Positions 1 to 11,343 of a DNA stretch of 64,000 nt are shown in pieces. Source of the DNA: an uncultured Rhodospirillaceae bacterium (GTDB lineage: Bacteria > Pseudomonadota > Alphaproteobacteria > Micavibrionales > UBA2020); contig CAYWIT010000011.1 in assembly GCA_964458415.1 (NCBI GenBank), positions 11,739 to 75,738 of the forward strand, written 5' to 3'. The notes beneath the pieces are model-generated. The model did no database searches. It worked only from the letters and a program-made list of their open reading frames with translations, and had not been told where the DNA came from. Each line of letters opens with the position of its first letter. The stretch's first letter is position 1. A program made the position numbers and the translations under genes.

Positions 1-654
1 CAGCTCCACTGAACGGGTTTGCAAAACTTTTGCGCCGACCGAGGCCATTTCCAGCATTTCCTCATAGCTGATCCGTCCAATTTTTTTTGCCCGTGTAACA
101 ATACGCGGATCTGCGGTATAAACACCGTCAACATCTGTATAGATATCGCAGCGATCCGCCTTGAGAGCGGCGGCCACAGCAACGGCGGAAGTATCCGACC
201 CGCCGCGCCCCAATGTGGCGATCCGCCCGTCAGGCGCCAACCCCTGAAATCCGGCAAGAACGGCAACCTCCCCTTTCTCAAGGCTTTCCCTGAGAGCTCC
301 CGTCTCCACCGCGCGAATACGCGCCTTGCCATGCACTGCATCCGTCATGAGGGGGACCTGCCAGCCCTGCCATGAACGCGCCGCAATGCCTCTTTTTTGC
401 AAGGCCAGAGACAACAGTCCTGATGTCACCTGTTCGCCGGAAGCCACGATGGCATCATACTCCCGCGGGTCAAATATCTGGCTGATTGCCGTACAATAGG
501 AAACAAGCTGGTTCGTAACTCCGGACATCGCCGACACAACGGCCACAACCCTGTGTCCGGCGTTCATCTCGGCGGCGATCTTGTCAGCCACATTTTCTAT
601 GGCCGCAATATCTGCCACAGATGTGCCGCCAAATTTCAGGACAAGCAAGCTCAT
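1..654 (-). CDS. lysC: aspartate kinase, N-terminal part (gene runs off the left edge)
   Basis: Absent from the ORF track because it is open at the window edge. Reverse translation from the ATG at 654-652 gives [51 protein letters not shown], which carries the KFGGTS aspartokinase signature. The frame stays open to position 1. Confidence 0.85.
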   Translation of the reverse strand, partial: MSLLVLKFGGTSVADIAAIENVADKIAAEMNAGHRVVAVVSAMSGVTNQLVSYCTAISQIFDPREYDAIVASGEQVTSGLLSLALQKRGIAARSWQGWQVPLMTDAVHGKARIRAVETGALRESLEKGEVAVLAGFQGLAPDGRIATLGRGGSDTSAVAVAAALKADRCDIYTDVDGVYTADPRIVTRAKKIGRISYEEMLEMASVGAKVLQTRSVEL

Positions 655-710
655 AAAACCTTTCCAAGGTCGGGGACTTTGACAGTTCTCTGCTCAGGTC
701 TGATTTCTGA

Positions 711-2123
<1,413 letters not shown>

Positions 2124-2180
2124 GCTCAAACAGCTTTTCAGTTGAGAAAATTACAACAACGCTTTGAAAAGCCAGAGCGC

Positions 2181-2195
2181 TTAAGTGTTTCTTAA
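2181..2195. promoter_or_regulatory. CtrA-type box TTAAGTGTTTCTTAA (TTAA-N7-TTAA)
   Basis: Perfect match read directly from the sequence, 94 nt upstream of the pilin ATG at 2289. Confidence 0.45.
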
Positions 2196-2288
2196 ACAAT
2201 CCCTGCTTGAATGAGCATGTACAGGTGAGCCCATCTGTATTCTTGCGACCCGAATATCGAAGCAGAGTTATTTTTTAAGGAGAGTAAA

Positions 2289-2840
2289 ATGAAACCACTA
2301 CATAAATATCTTGCAGCAGGCACGGCGCTTCTTCTTTCCGCCACCGTCGCGCATTCCGCATTCGCCGCGACAGATGGCACGCTTGGCGCGACCTCCACAG
2401 GCACCTCCGTTGTGTCCGTAACAATTGACCAAATGTACCAGATTTCCGGCATGGCGGATTTTGCCTTGGGGACCTATGGTGGCACCGGTGATTTGACTGG
2501 AAACGACGATGTCTGTATCTATACGAACGATGCTACCGCGACCTATAATGTCACAATCACGGACAACTCCACCCTCTCTGCCGCTGATTTTTCTGTAGAG
2601 AATGCCGGCGATACAGCCGACATTCCCTTCACCGTCTCCTGGAACGATGTATCAGGAACTGTTGGTCAGGTAGCGGCTACCTATGCCACCCCTCTTGCCT
2701 CTACAGGAGCCAATACAGCATCGACAAACTGCGGCGGTGGAAATAACGCCAATCTTGCCGTGAATATCCTTGAGGCGGATTTGCAGGCTGCTGCGGCAGA
2801 CAGCTACTCCTCGACGCTATCGGTTCTGATCGAACCATAA
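2289..2840 (+). CDS. SCPU (spore coat protein U-type) pilin subunit of an archaic chaperone-usher pilus
   Basis: Signal peptide ending AHSAFA. The Csu-type subunit pattern (DFALGTY..., DDVCIYTN, YNVTITDN, IPFTVSWN, TNCGGG, SSTLSVLIEP) is shared with ORFs 6166-6654 and 6651-7199. AAGGAGAG RBS. Confidence 0.75.
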   Translation: MKPLHKYLAAGTALLLSATVAHSAFAATDGTLGATSTGTSVVSVTIDQMYQISGMADFALGTYGGTGDLTGNDDVCIYTNDATATYNVTITDNSTLSAADFSVENAGDTADIPFTVSWNDVSGTVGQVAATYATPLASTGANTASTNCGGGNNANLAVNILEADLQAAAADSYSSTLSVLIEP

Positions 2841-2860
2841 GCCGATAAAACTGAACAAAA

Positions 2861-2896
2861 AAACCGGTTTTCCGCTATGGAGAACCGGTTTTTTTA
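2861..2896. terminator. bidirectional intrinsic terminator between convergent pilin and usher genes
   Basis: AAACCGGTTTTC / GAGAACCGGTTT stem of 12 bp with one G-U pair and loop CGCTATG. It is flanked by an A-run on the left and a T-run on the right. The usher stop codon lies in the hairpin. Confidence 0.6.
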
Positions 2897-5349
2897 ACAC
2901 AGGAAACGTTCCCAAGATCCGCGTAGACGTCCTCTTTTTTCAAAGCGGGAAATTCAACCATACAAATATGATTTTCCGCCGCGAAAGCCAATGATTGCCC
3001 TGTCCCCGTCATGACATCCAACGCGAAAAATCCAGCCTCATCTGTATAATACGCCTGTCCATCCAGCAGGAATCGCGCATTATCCAGCGGGAGGTCCTGT
3101 TCATCCACCAGAAAACCCGTCACAACAACGGCTTTTGCCATCGTAAATGTCCGATAAACCACATTACCGGGATAACCGACAACAACTTGTCCCTTCTCAC
3201 GGGATTTAAGGATACCTTTATTGGCCGTATCAACCACATCCACCCTGATCTTTTTATAGACCGGCACTGGCAAAGCAACTGTCTCTCCAGTCCTGACTCT
3301 GGCCAGCGTGGCTCCGTTCATCGTAACATCCAGATCATCCCCTTCTTCCCCTTCAACAGTGATCATCGCCAAAGCCATATCATTCGTAGCGGCTTGGGAC
3401 GTCGCCTTGAGGCCTCTGGACGGTGACCACAATAAAGTGCTTCTCAGCTCGCCGCCAATCTGCCCAGAGGCTTCCTGCGTGACGGCCTGTTCCAGATAAC
3501 CACGCAGTTGCGCCAGCTCCCCGGTATAGATTGCATCGCTACTAATAACAGTTTGCAGTTCATCCGTGCTGGACAAGAGAGGATCCATCCGCAAGCCTAA
3601 CGTTGCATCCAGCTTTCTGCGCCAGTCTTTATAAGCAGCGCCCGCCCCGGTATAACCAAGCCCGGCCATCACGGCAACACGGTTATCAGACCCGATCCGA
3701 CTGGCATCGATCTGGGCATTTTTGCTCCAGACAGGCGCGGAATCCCGCAAACTGAATGTTGCCAGCATCCGCTTGTCCTCATCCGAAACATTGTACTCAA
3801 ACTTCAGCTCCGGCGTATAAGCGCCACGTTTGTCAAATACGTAAGAAAAGGCGGGGCCGTATCGGTAAGAACTTCCTTCCAGCGAAGACCGGCTGGTTTC
3901 CGCGCCAAAGCTGGAAAAAACCCTGTACCCCCCGATCAATAATGGCTTTGCGATACTAAAGGACAGGGACTCCCGGTCAGAAAGAGAGAAGTCGCCAGCG
4001 CTCGCATTGGCACGGCCCCTGTCATATATTTTCGTGGCAAAAAGGCTTGCAGATCCCCCCTGACCTCCCCGCCATACGGCAGAAGCCTCGACACCAACCG
4101 GTTTAAAAACGTTCGAAAAAGCCCCCGTCAAAGATGTTTCCAGCAAGCCGATCGCTTCAAAGACATGAAGTCCTTTCTGGGAAGAAAGCGAGACTTCATA
4201 CACATGATCCTTGCTGGTCGCGGCAAGGCCGACCCCCCCGCCAAGCCAATCGGACAGGCGCGCACGATACGAAATCTCGGCTGCCGGTATTCCTTCGGGC
4301 CTTGTGCCATCTCTTGTTTCACCGATCTCCAGACTCATGACCGGCTTTCCATGCGGTGGCAGAAGCTGTGTCTTGATATAGGGCCGCACCTCACGTGAAA
4401 TAACCGTGCCGCCGTCACGCACGACGATTTCTATATCATAGCTGCCCTGTGGAAAGCCCCGCGTATCAATCTGCACCGTCCCAAAATTCAAAATACGGGA
4501 ATAAAGAACCTGACGCGATGACTCCCTGTCACGAAAAACCTCCACCTGCGCGCGCCGCGGCAAAAATATTTCTATATTCGAGCCCTGCAACTGCTCATCC
4601 CGAAAAAGCAAAGTCTGATTGCTGGCCAGACGCAGCCCCATAAAATCAAGGCTTCTGGCGAAGCGCATGTTTCCGCTCGTTTCCAGCATACCGGCAAAAG
4701 CCGTCATGTCTTCGTCCCACACCCTGAAGTCCTTGCGAACTAAAGCATTTTTCAGGACATAGCCATTATCCTGCGTCAGCGTGCCGGAGCTTTGCAACGC
4801 CATATCCCCTTTGGATAAAACAGAGTCATGAGACATTGAAACACCGCGCAGAATATCCAGACTGCGCGTATTCGCGCTCCCCGCCACAAAAAGAGCATTC
4901 CGCAAGGAAATATCCTTGTCTGTTCCCTGCAAGTCTCCGAGCCCCTCGACAGCGGATAGCAATGACTCCGCCTGATCAATATCAACATTCAGCCTGAAGT
5001 TTGTAATATCCACGCTGACTGTTCCGACATCACGGATCATCCTGATTTTTTCTATGCGCCCGTCAAACAGAGGGATAAAATTATCCGGATTTCTTACGGC
5101 GGGCAGCAAATCAACAGCGTCCTGCGGCGCATCCAGCTCAAACCAGCCCTCGCCAAAACGTCCATATACAAGACCATAGTTAATACCGCCCGCATAAAAA
5201 TCAAAAGCGCTGAATTCGCCATCCTGAGAATTCGCCGAAGCCGTCATGCCGGCCTCGGCACAAGCTTTTCCGGGCGCAATAACCCCGCTTGCCAGACATA
5301 ATATCAGGCAAAAAATCATCACAAAAATACAGTTTCTTCCCCGTGGCAA
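2875..5349 (-). CDS. fimbrial outer-membrane usher (Csu/sigma type)
   Basis: 824 aa with a signal peptide and a beta-strand-rich composition. It sits immediately downstream of the PapD-like chaperone and SCPU subunit genes on the same strand. Confidence 0.7.
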   Translation of the reverse strand: MPRGRNCIFVMIFCLILCLASGVIAPGKACAEAGMTASANSQDGEFSAFDFYAGGINYGLVYGRFGEGWFELDAPQDAVDLLPAVRNPDNFIPLFDGRIEKIRMIRDVGTVSVDITNFRLNVDIDQAESLLSAVEGLGDLQGTDKDISLRNALFVAGSANTRSLDILRGVSMSHDSVLSKGDMALQSSGTLTQDNGYVLKNALVRKDFRVWDEDMTAFAGMLETSGNMRFARSLDFMGLRLASNQTLLFRDEQLQGSNIEIFLPRRAQVEVFRDRESSRQVLYSRILNFGTVQIDTRGFPQGSYDIEIVVRDGGTVISREVRPYIKTQLLPPHGKPVMSLEIGETRDGTRPEGIPAAEISYRARLSDWLGGGVGLAATSKDHVYEVSLSSQKGLHVFEAIGLLETSLTGAFSNVFKPVGVEASAVWRGGQGGSASLFATKIYDRGRANASAGDFSLSDRESLSFSIAKPLLIGGYRVFSSFGAETSRSSLEGSSYRYGPAFSYVFDKRGAYTPELKFEYNVSDEDKRMLATFSLRDSAPVWSKNAQIDASRIGSDNRVAVMAGLGYTGAGAAYKDWRRKLDATLGLRMDPLLSSTDELQTVISSDAIYTGELAQLRGYLEQAVTQEASGQIGGELRSTLLWSPSRGLKATSQAATNDMALAMITVEGEEGDDLDVTMNGATLARVRTGETVALPVPVYKKIRVDVVDTANKGILKSREKGQVVVGYPGNVVYRTFTMAKAVVVTGFLVDEQDLPLDNARFLLDGQAYYTDEAGFFALDVMTGTGQSLAFAAENHICMVEFPALKKEDVYADLGNVSCVKKTGSP

Positions 5350-5367
5350 TACAGCCTCACAGAACGA

Positions 5368-6078
5368 TCAGGGTGCAGGATAGGTGAGCGTAGAATACTT
5401 TCCGTCAATCAGCAGCGTTTGCGTATACGCCAGTGTTTTCAACGGTTCAGGAACAATAATTTCCTTTTCAACGCCCGGAAAAATACGCGCCCCTTCCAGA
5501 GGAACACAATTTTTCCGCTCCTCATCAAGGCAGAAATCCTCGCGTTGCAACTGCGCCGTAATATTTCCTGCGTTAAAAAGCTTTATCTTATCGCCTTCGC
5601 GTGTGAACTTCAGATCCGGCCTCACATTTTTTGGCGACACCATGATCAATGCCCCCATGGAAACAATGACGTTCACCTGAATGGCTTTTCCGCCGATTTC
5701 CTGTGTTTTCTGCATGGTCGGCTCGCTGGGAACGAAGCGAACGCGATATATTGACTCCATGTCCTCCGGAAAGCCCCGCAGCACCAGCCTGACCGGGCGG
5801 GTTTCTCCCGGCGCAATTTCAAAGGCCTTGGGCGCAGCGATAAGCTTGTCTGTCGGCGATTCAAGCTGGTCCGGCAGATCGGAGCGCGTGACTTCAATCG
5901 TGTTCACGCTGATCTTTAAAGGCTTGTCACTCTGGTTAGTGACGTTGATATTATCAATCGGCTTGTCGCCCGGCCTGAAATCTACGATGACTTTGTTCAG
6001 GCTGATCCCATCCGCCTGCGCCGGAATCGCAAAAAACACGCCCCACAAAAGGACGCAGCAGAAAAATAGCTTCCCCAT
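5368..6078 (-). CDS. PapD-like periplasmic pilus chaperone
   Basis: ORF 5368-6111. The likely start MGKLFFCCVLLW at 6078 follows GGGGAGAG. Signal peptide ending AQADG. Chaperone-like core: ISLNKVIVDF...INVTNQSDKPLKISV...YRVRFVP. Confidence 0.7.
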   Translation of the reverse strand: MGKLFFCCVLLWGVFFAIPAQADGISLNKVIVDFRPGDKPIDNINVTNQSDKPLKISVNTIEVTRSDLPDQLESPTDKLIAAPKAFEIAPGETRPVRLVLRGFPEDMESIYRVRFVPSEPTMQKTQEIGGKAIQVNVIVSMGALIMVSPKNVRPDLKFTREGDKIKLFNAGNITAQLQREDFCLDEERKNCVPLEGARIFPGVEKEIIVPEPLKTLAYTQTLLIDGKYSTLTYPAP

Positions 6079-6165
6079 TATTCTCTCCCCAAAAAAATAC
6101 TTCCCCGTCAAAAGGATAACATATTTTTTAAGGATAAAACCACATCAAAATTTATGATAAACAGG

Positions 6166-6654
6166 TCAGTCTTTTCTGACCCTCAGCGTCAGCCGAGAGC
6201 TATAGGTTCCGGCTGGCACGGCCGCAAGATCAGAGTTATTAAGATCAACCTTGAAGTTTGCGCTGTCGCCACCGCCACATGTCTGGCTTGACGTATTCGC
6301 CCCGCTTGCATTCAGCTCATTTCCATCTGTCACCAAAGTCGTTCCCGGGGACGGCGTTTCCCCCCAATAGACTGTAAATGGAATTTCTGCCGTACGCGCC
6401 GCGTTCTCAAGCCTGAAATTTGATGGAGTAATTGTTGAATTATCAGTTATTCTCACCCGATAATTCTGGTCCCCATCCTGATCATAAACGCAGACAGGGT
6501 CATCGCCGCTCAGGGAAGACCCAGCCCAAGTTCCAAGGTTAATATCATCTACCTCTGTAATCCTGACCCGCCGTTGCGCTTCTGCCTCAGAAACAGAAAA
6601 AAAGCCGCATAGAAAAACTACCGCAACGACGAGAAAAAACCGTTTATTTTTCAT
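6166..6654 (-). CDS. SCPU pilin subunit (minor)
   Basis: 162 aa with a signal peptide ending SEAEA. Motifs DPVCVYDQ, YRVRITDN, IPFTVYWG, QTCGGG and SSRLTLRV are paralogous to the other two SCPU ORFs. The start overlaps the upstream stop by 4 nt. Confidence 0.75.
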   Translation of the reverse strand: MKNKRFFLVVAVVFLCGFFSVSEAEAQRRVRITEVDDINLGTWAGSSLSGDDPVCVYDQDGDQNYRVRITDNSTITPSNFRLENAARTAEIPFTVYWGETPSPGTTLVTDGNELNASGANTSSQTCGGGDSANFKVDLNNSDLAAVPAGTYSSRLTLRVRKD

Positions 6655-7199
6655 GGCTCAATCGAAATAGTTAAAGTTGAATTGTAAGACCCGCCCGGAG
6701 CTGCCAAAAGATCCCCACTGGCAAAATCAACTTGCATATTTGCACTGTTACCACCCGCCGTGCAATCCGTTGACTGGGTATTTGCCCCGGTCTTCGCATG
6801 CGCCGTATTATAAGTTACAGCCTGATTGCCTGCCGTTCCTGTCGTGGCATTCCACTTGACGGAGTACGGGATATCCGCCGTGGCCGTTCCATTTTGCACG
6901 GAAAACCCTGCTGCTGACATACTGGAGCTGTCTGTCACACGCACCTTGTAATCCCCATTCGCATTATTGGAATAAATGCAAATATCATTGTTAGCGCTTA
7001 GATTTCCGGAGCCTGGATAAGCGCCAAATGAAAAATCGTTCAATCCACTGATTCTAAACTTGGCAGGGATAATAACTGTAATATCTGCCGTTGCCGTTGA
7101 CGTCGTCCCTAGGGAGCCCTGTGTGGCAGAAAATGCAGAGGCCGGGGCCAGAACCCCTGCTATTAATACAGTAATTATAAATAACTTTGCATTGTTCAT
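6651..7199 (-). CDS. SCPU pilin subunit (first gene of operon, likely major subunit)
   Basis: ORF 6651-7274. The likely start is MNNAKLFIITVLIAGVLAPASAFSA at 7199. Motifs NDICIYSN, YKVRVTDS, IPYSVKWN, TDCTAGG, NSTLTISIEP. Confidence 0.75.
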   Translation of the reverse strand: MNNAKLFIITVLIAGVLAPASAFSATQGSLGTTSTATADITVIIPAKFRISGLNDFSFGAYPGSGNLSANNDICIYSNNANGDYKVRVTDSSSMSAAGFSVQNGTATADIPYSVKWNATTGTAGNQAVTYNTAHAKTGANTQSTDCTAGGNSANMQVDFASGDLLAAPGGSYNSTLTISIEP

Positions 7200-7566
7200 A
7201 AATATGACGCCGCCCCACAAGTACTTACGGTGCATAAACTTAAGACTTAGCGAAAGTAACAGCTTCCTCCCCAAATGTCAAAATGCGTTAAATTGACAAT
7301 TGTCATTCAAATTTAGCAAATTTAAGGATAAAGAAGAAATGCATTTTACGAAAATTTATAACGAAGTTTCCCTACGAATATTTCTGTTCAGGTTTCTGGA
7401 AATAAATTAAAAAAATATTTACTTTCTGTAAATAGGCGCTTCATTTCCATACCATTCCGCCTTTACATTTATAGAAACAATCTTAACATGGCGACAGTTC
7501 AGAAAATATCCGACTCAGTAACGAGGCTGCAATCATGTAAGCCTCATGAAACAAGGAGAACCTGCC

Positions 7567-9828
7567 ATGTCCATGCGCAAAAAAATTCTCAACTCTTTCA
7601 GAAAAAGCCTTCCCCCCCTCTCCCAATCAGAAAAAGAGGCTTTGGAAGTCGGCACCGTTGGCTGGGACGGCGAACTTCTCAATGGCAGCCCCAACTGGGA
7701 AAAACTGTTCTCCCTGAACAAACCGCAACTGACCCCCGAAGAGCAGGCCTTTGTTGACGGCCCGACCACAGAATTGTGCAAAATGCTCGACAACTGGCAA
7801 ATCCAGAAAGATGACGATCTGCCCCCTGAAGCCTGGAAATTCATCAAGGAAAAAGGCTTCATGGGCATCGAGATTCCGAAGGAATACGGTGGCCTTGGAT
7901 TCTCCTCGCAGGCGCATTCCGCCATTGTCATGAAGCTCTCCAGTCGCAGCATCACCGGTGCCATTACTGTTATGGTTCCAAACTCCCTCGGACCAGCAGA
8001 GCTGATCCATGAATACGGTACGAAAGAACAGAAAGAATACTATCTGCCCCGCCTTGCCAAAGGCGAAGAAATTCCCTGCTTCGCCCTGACAGGCCCCGAG
8101 GCCGGATCGGACGCGACCAGCATTCCCGACCTTGGTGTTGTTTGCAAAAACGAAAAAGGCGAGCTTGGCATCCGCCTGAACTGGGAAAAGCGGTATATCA
8201 CGCTGGGCCCTATCGCCACACTGATCGGTCTGGCTTTCAAACTGGAAGATCCCGACAATCTGCTCGGCAAGGATAAAGTCGATCACGGCATCACCGTTGC
8301 GCTGATCAAGCGCGACACCCCCGGCGTCGAAATTGGCGAACGTCATGCCCCCATGGATATTCCGTTCCTCAACGGCCCCAACCGCGGCAAGGACGTATTC
8401 ATTCCTCTCGAAAATATTATCGGCGGCCCCGACCGCGCCGGTCAGGGCTGGCGCATGCTGATGGAATGTCTGGCTGTCGGTCGCGCTCTCTCGCTTCCGG
8501 CACAATCGACTGCGGCAGCAAAGTTCTCCAGTCAGGTGACGGGCGCCTATACACGCGTACGCCGTCAGTTCAATTCTCCGATCTCGAAATTTGAAGGGAT
8601 CGAAGAAGTTCTGGGCCGCATGGCCGGCGAGACCTATATGATGAACGCGGCCCGCACCGCAACAGTGCAGATGGTGGATCAAGGCGAACGCCCGACAGTT
8701 CCCTCCGCTATCGTCAAGTATCACCTGACCGAAAAAATGCGCAAAATCGTCAACGACTCCATGGATGTCCACGGCGGCAAAGGCATTTGCAACGGCCCGA
8801 ACAACTATCTGGCGAACATGTATAAGGGCGTGCCTATCGCGATCACCGTGGAAGGCGCCAATATCATGACCCGCAACCTGATCATCTTCGGTCAGGGCGG
8901 CGTTCTTGCCAACCGTTATATCGTGAAGGAACTGGAAGCGGCGAATGATAAGGACGACGCTTCCGCATGGCGCAAAATGGTCAGCGCCTTCAGAGGCCAT
9001 TTCCTGAACGGCATCAAAAGCACGACAAAAAGCCTGTGGTACGGCGTGACCGGCGGGCGCGGCGGAAAAATTCCGAAAGGGGTCGAAGCAGAAACCAAAA
9101 AATACTACAAGACCATCAACCGCCTCAGCGCTTCCTTCAACCTTGCTGCTGACACAACGCTGGCGCGCCTCGGCGGCGGGCTGAAGCGCAGGGAACGTGT
9201 CTCGGCACGTCTTGGCGATGTTTACAGCAACCTGTATCTCGCCTCTACCGTGCTCTGGTACTACGAGAAAACAGGGCAGAAAAAAGAAGACCTTCCCCTT
9301 GTCCACTGGGCCTGCACCAAAGCATTGTATGACGCAGAGCAGGCACTGGACAAAGCTCTGAAAAATCATCCTGATCGCATGCTCGGCAAACTGCTGCGCC
9401 CCTTCATCTTCCCCGCCGGATTGCGGCAGGAGCCCCCGACGGACAAAATGGATGCCAAAGCCGCCGACATCATCCGTGAACCAGGCCAGATACGCAACCG
9501 CTTGACCGACGGCATTTTCACGCCTCTCAACGAAAATGAGCCCTTGGCAAAGCTGGAACTGGCTTTCCGCAAAAGCGTGGAAACGGAGCCGCTTGAAAAG
9601 AAACTGTCCCAAGCGCAAAAAGACGGCATCATCATGCCCGCTGTGCGGCGCATTGATCTGCTGGAAAGCGCAAAGACGGCTGGCGTCCTGACTGATGGCG
9701 AGTACAGAAAACTCATCGCGGCAGATGCAATCCGCCGCGAGGTTATTATGGTCGATGCTTTCGAACAGAAAAAACCAGAAGCGGAAAAGAAAGCCGCTCC
9801 TGCTGCGCCGGGTCCTAAACAGCCGTAA
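7567..9828 (+). CDS. fadE: large acyl-CoA dehydrogenase (FadE type)
   Basis: ORF 7546-9828. The start MSMRKKIL follows AAGGAG. FadE-like sequence: GFMGIEIPKEYGGLGFS, FALTGPEAGSDA, long C-terminal extension. Confidence 0.85.
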   Translation: MSMRKKILNSFRKSLPPLSQSEKEALEVGTVGWDGELLNGSPNWEKLFSLNKPQLTPEEQAFVDGPTTELCKMLDNWQIQKDDDLPPEAWKFIKEKGFMGIEIPKEYGGLGFSSQAHSAIVMKLSSRSITGAITVMVPNSLGPAELIHEYGTKEQKEYYLPRLAKGEEIPCFALTGPEAGSDATSIPDLGVVCKNEKGELGIRLNWEKRYITLGPIATLIGLAFKLEDPDNLLGKDKVDHGITVALIKRDTPGVEIGERHAPMDIPFLNGPNRGKDVFIPLENIIGGPDRAGQGWRMLMECLAVGRALSLPAQSTAAAKFSSQVTGAYTRVRRQFNSPISKFEGIEEVLGRMAGETYMMNAARTATVQMVDQGERPTVPSAIVKYHLTEKMRKIVNDSMDVHGGKGICNGPNNYLANMYKGVPIAITVEGANIMTRNLIIFGQGGVLANRYIVKELEAANDKDDASAWRKMVSAFRGHFLNGIKSTTKSLWYGVTGGRGGKIPKGVEAETKKYYKTINRLSASFNLAADTTLARLGGGLKRRERVSARLGDVYSNLYLASTVLWYYEKTGQKKEDLPLVHWACTKALYDAEQALDKALKNHPDRMLGKLLRPFIFPAGLRQEPPTDKMDAKAADIIREPGQIRNRLTDGIFTPLNENEPLAKLELAFRKSVETEPLEKKLSQAQKDGIIMPAVRRIDLLESAKTAGVLTDGEYRKLIAADAIRREVIMVDAFEQKKPEAEKKAAPAAPGPKQP

Positions 9829-9849
9829 GAGCATCACTATCTGATTATC

Positions 9850-9890
9850 AAGGAGCTCCCGCACCCCGTGGGAGCTCCTTATTATTTTAT
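9850..9890 (+). terminator. intrinsic terminator after fadE
   Basis: Perfect 11-bp stem AAGGAGCTCCC / GGGAGCTCCTT, followed by ATTATTTTAT. Confidence 0.6.
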
Positions 9891-10016
9891 GAAATTAATT
9901 TGTACATTACGGAATACTGCAGTGCGTCACGAATTGTTTGAAGTCTTTTACAAAGTAACTTATTATTAATCCGGGTGTCGTACCCTGTTCAAAAATAGCT
10001 ATTACCGGGGAAAAGC

Positions 10017-11339
10017 ATGAGCAACACAATCGCCGAGAAAACCAACCCGCAACAAACCGTCACACTGATTGACAACGCGACCGGCAAGAAATTTGAATTT
10101 CCCGTGATGGACGGTTCGGTTGGCCCCCGCGTCATCGATATCCGCAAACTTTATGCAGAAACCGGCATGTTCACCTATGACCCTGGCTTCACCTCGACTG
10201 CGGCCTGTGAAAGCGGCCTGACCTATATTGACGGGGACAAAGGCGTCTTGCTGCATGGCGGCTATTCTATCAAGGAACTGGCCGAGAAAAGCGACTTTCT
10301 GGAAGTCTGTTATCTTCTGCTCAACAAGGAACTGCCTAATAAAAGCCAAAAAGAGGATTTTGTTCGCACCATCACCAATCACACGATGGTGCACGAACAA
10401 ATGCAGTTTTTCTTCCGTGGATTCCGCCGCGATAGCCATCCGATGGCCGTTATGGTGGGTACAGTTGGCGCGCTCTCCGCCTTCTATCATGACTCCCTTG
10501 ATATTGATGATCCAAAACAGCGCGAAATCGCCGCATTCCGCCTGATCGCCAAAGTACCGACTATCGCCGCCATGGCTTATAAATATTATATCGGCCAGCC
10601 TTTCATGTATCCACGGAATGACCTTGCCTATGCCGAAAATTTCCTCTACATGACTTTTGCCGTCCCGTGCGAACCTTACCGTCTCAGCCCAACCCTTGCC
10701 CGCGCCATGGATCGCATCCTGATCCTGCATGCGGATCACGAACAAAACGCCTCTACCTCTACCGTCCGTCTGGCCGGCTCATCCCGTGCCAACCCCTTTG
10801 CCTGCATCGCTTCCGGCATCGCCTCGCTTTGGGGCCCTGCGCACGGTGGCGCCAATGAGGCCGTTCTTGAAATGCTCGAGGAAATTGGCCATGTCAGCCA
10901 CGTTCCCGAATACATCAAACGCGCCAAGGACAAAAATGATAACTTCCGCCTGATGGGTTTTGGCCACCGCGTCTATAAAAACTATGATCCCCGCGCAGAA
11001 ATCATGCGTAAAACCTGCCATGAAGTTCTGGCCGAACTGGGCATCAAAGATCCCCTGTTGGATCTGGCCATGGAGCTGGAGAAAATCGCGCTGGAAGATC
11101 CCTACTTCGTCGAAAAAAAGCTCTATCCCAATGTGGATTTCTATTCCGGCATCATCCTGAAAGCAATGGGTTTCCCGACCTCGATGTTTACGGTACTCTT
11201 CGCCGTGGCACGGACCGTTGGCTGGATTTCACAATGGAAAGAAATGATCGAGGAACCGACACAAAAAATCGGCCGCCCGCGCCAGCTTTACACCGGATCG
11301 GGCGAACGCCCCTTTGTGCCGCTGGACAAGAGAAAATAA
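10017..11339 (+). CDS. gltA: citrate synthase
   Basis: 440 aa, full-length type II citrate synthase pattern ([24 protein letters not shown]). Confidence 0.93.
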   Translation: MSNTIAEKTNPQQTVTLIDNATGKKFEFPVMDGSVGPRVIDIRKLYAETGMFTYDPGFTSTAACESGLTYIDGDKGVLLHGGYSIKELAEKSDFLEVCYLLLNKELPNKSQKEDFVRTITNHTMVHEQMQFFFRGFRRDSHPMAVMVGTVGALSAFYHDSLDIDDPKQREIAAFRLIAKVPTIAAMAYKYYIGQPFMYPRNDLAYAENFLYMTFAVPCEPYRLSPTLARAMDRILILHADHEQNASTSTVRLAGSSRANPFACIASGIASLWGPAHGGANEAVLEMLEEIGHVSHVPEYIKRAKDKNDNFRLMGFGHRVYKNYDPRAEIMRKTCHEVLAELGIKDPLLDLAMELEKIALEDPYFVEKKLYPNVDFYSGIILKAMGFPTSMFTVLFAVARTVGWISQWKEMIEEPTQKIGRPRQLYTGSGERPFVPLDKRK

Positions 11340-11343
11340 GCCG

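Noticed and set aside
7627-9864. 745-aa ORF on the minus strand spanning all of fadE
   Set aside because: It is an antisense shadow of a gene with clear acyl-CoA dehydrogenase homology. The translation is R/A/G/F-rich with no recognisable motif, and I found no RBS.
10002-10745. 247-aa minus-strand ORF opposite gltA
   Set aside because: It is antisense to citrate synthase and I recognise no family.
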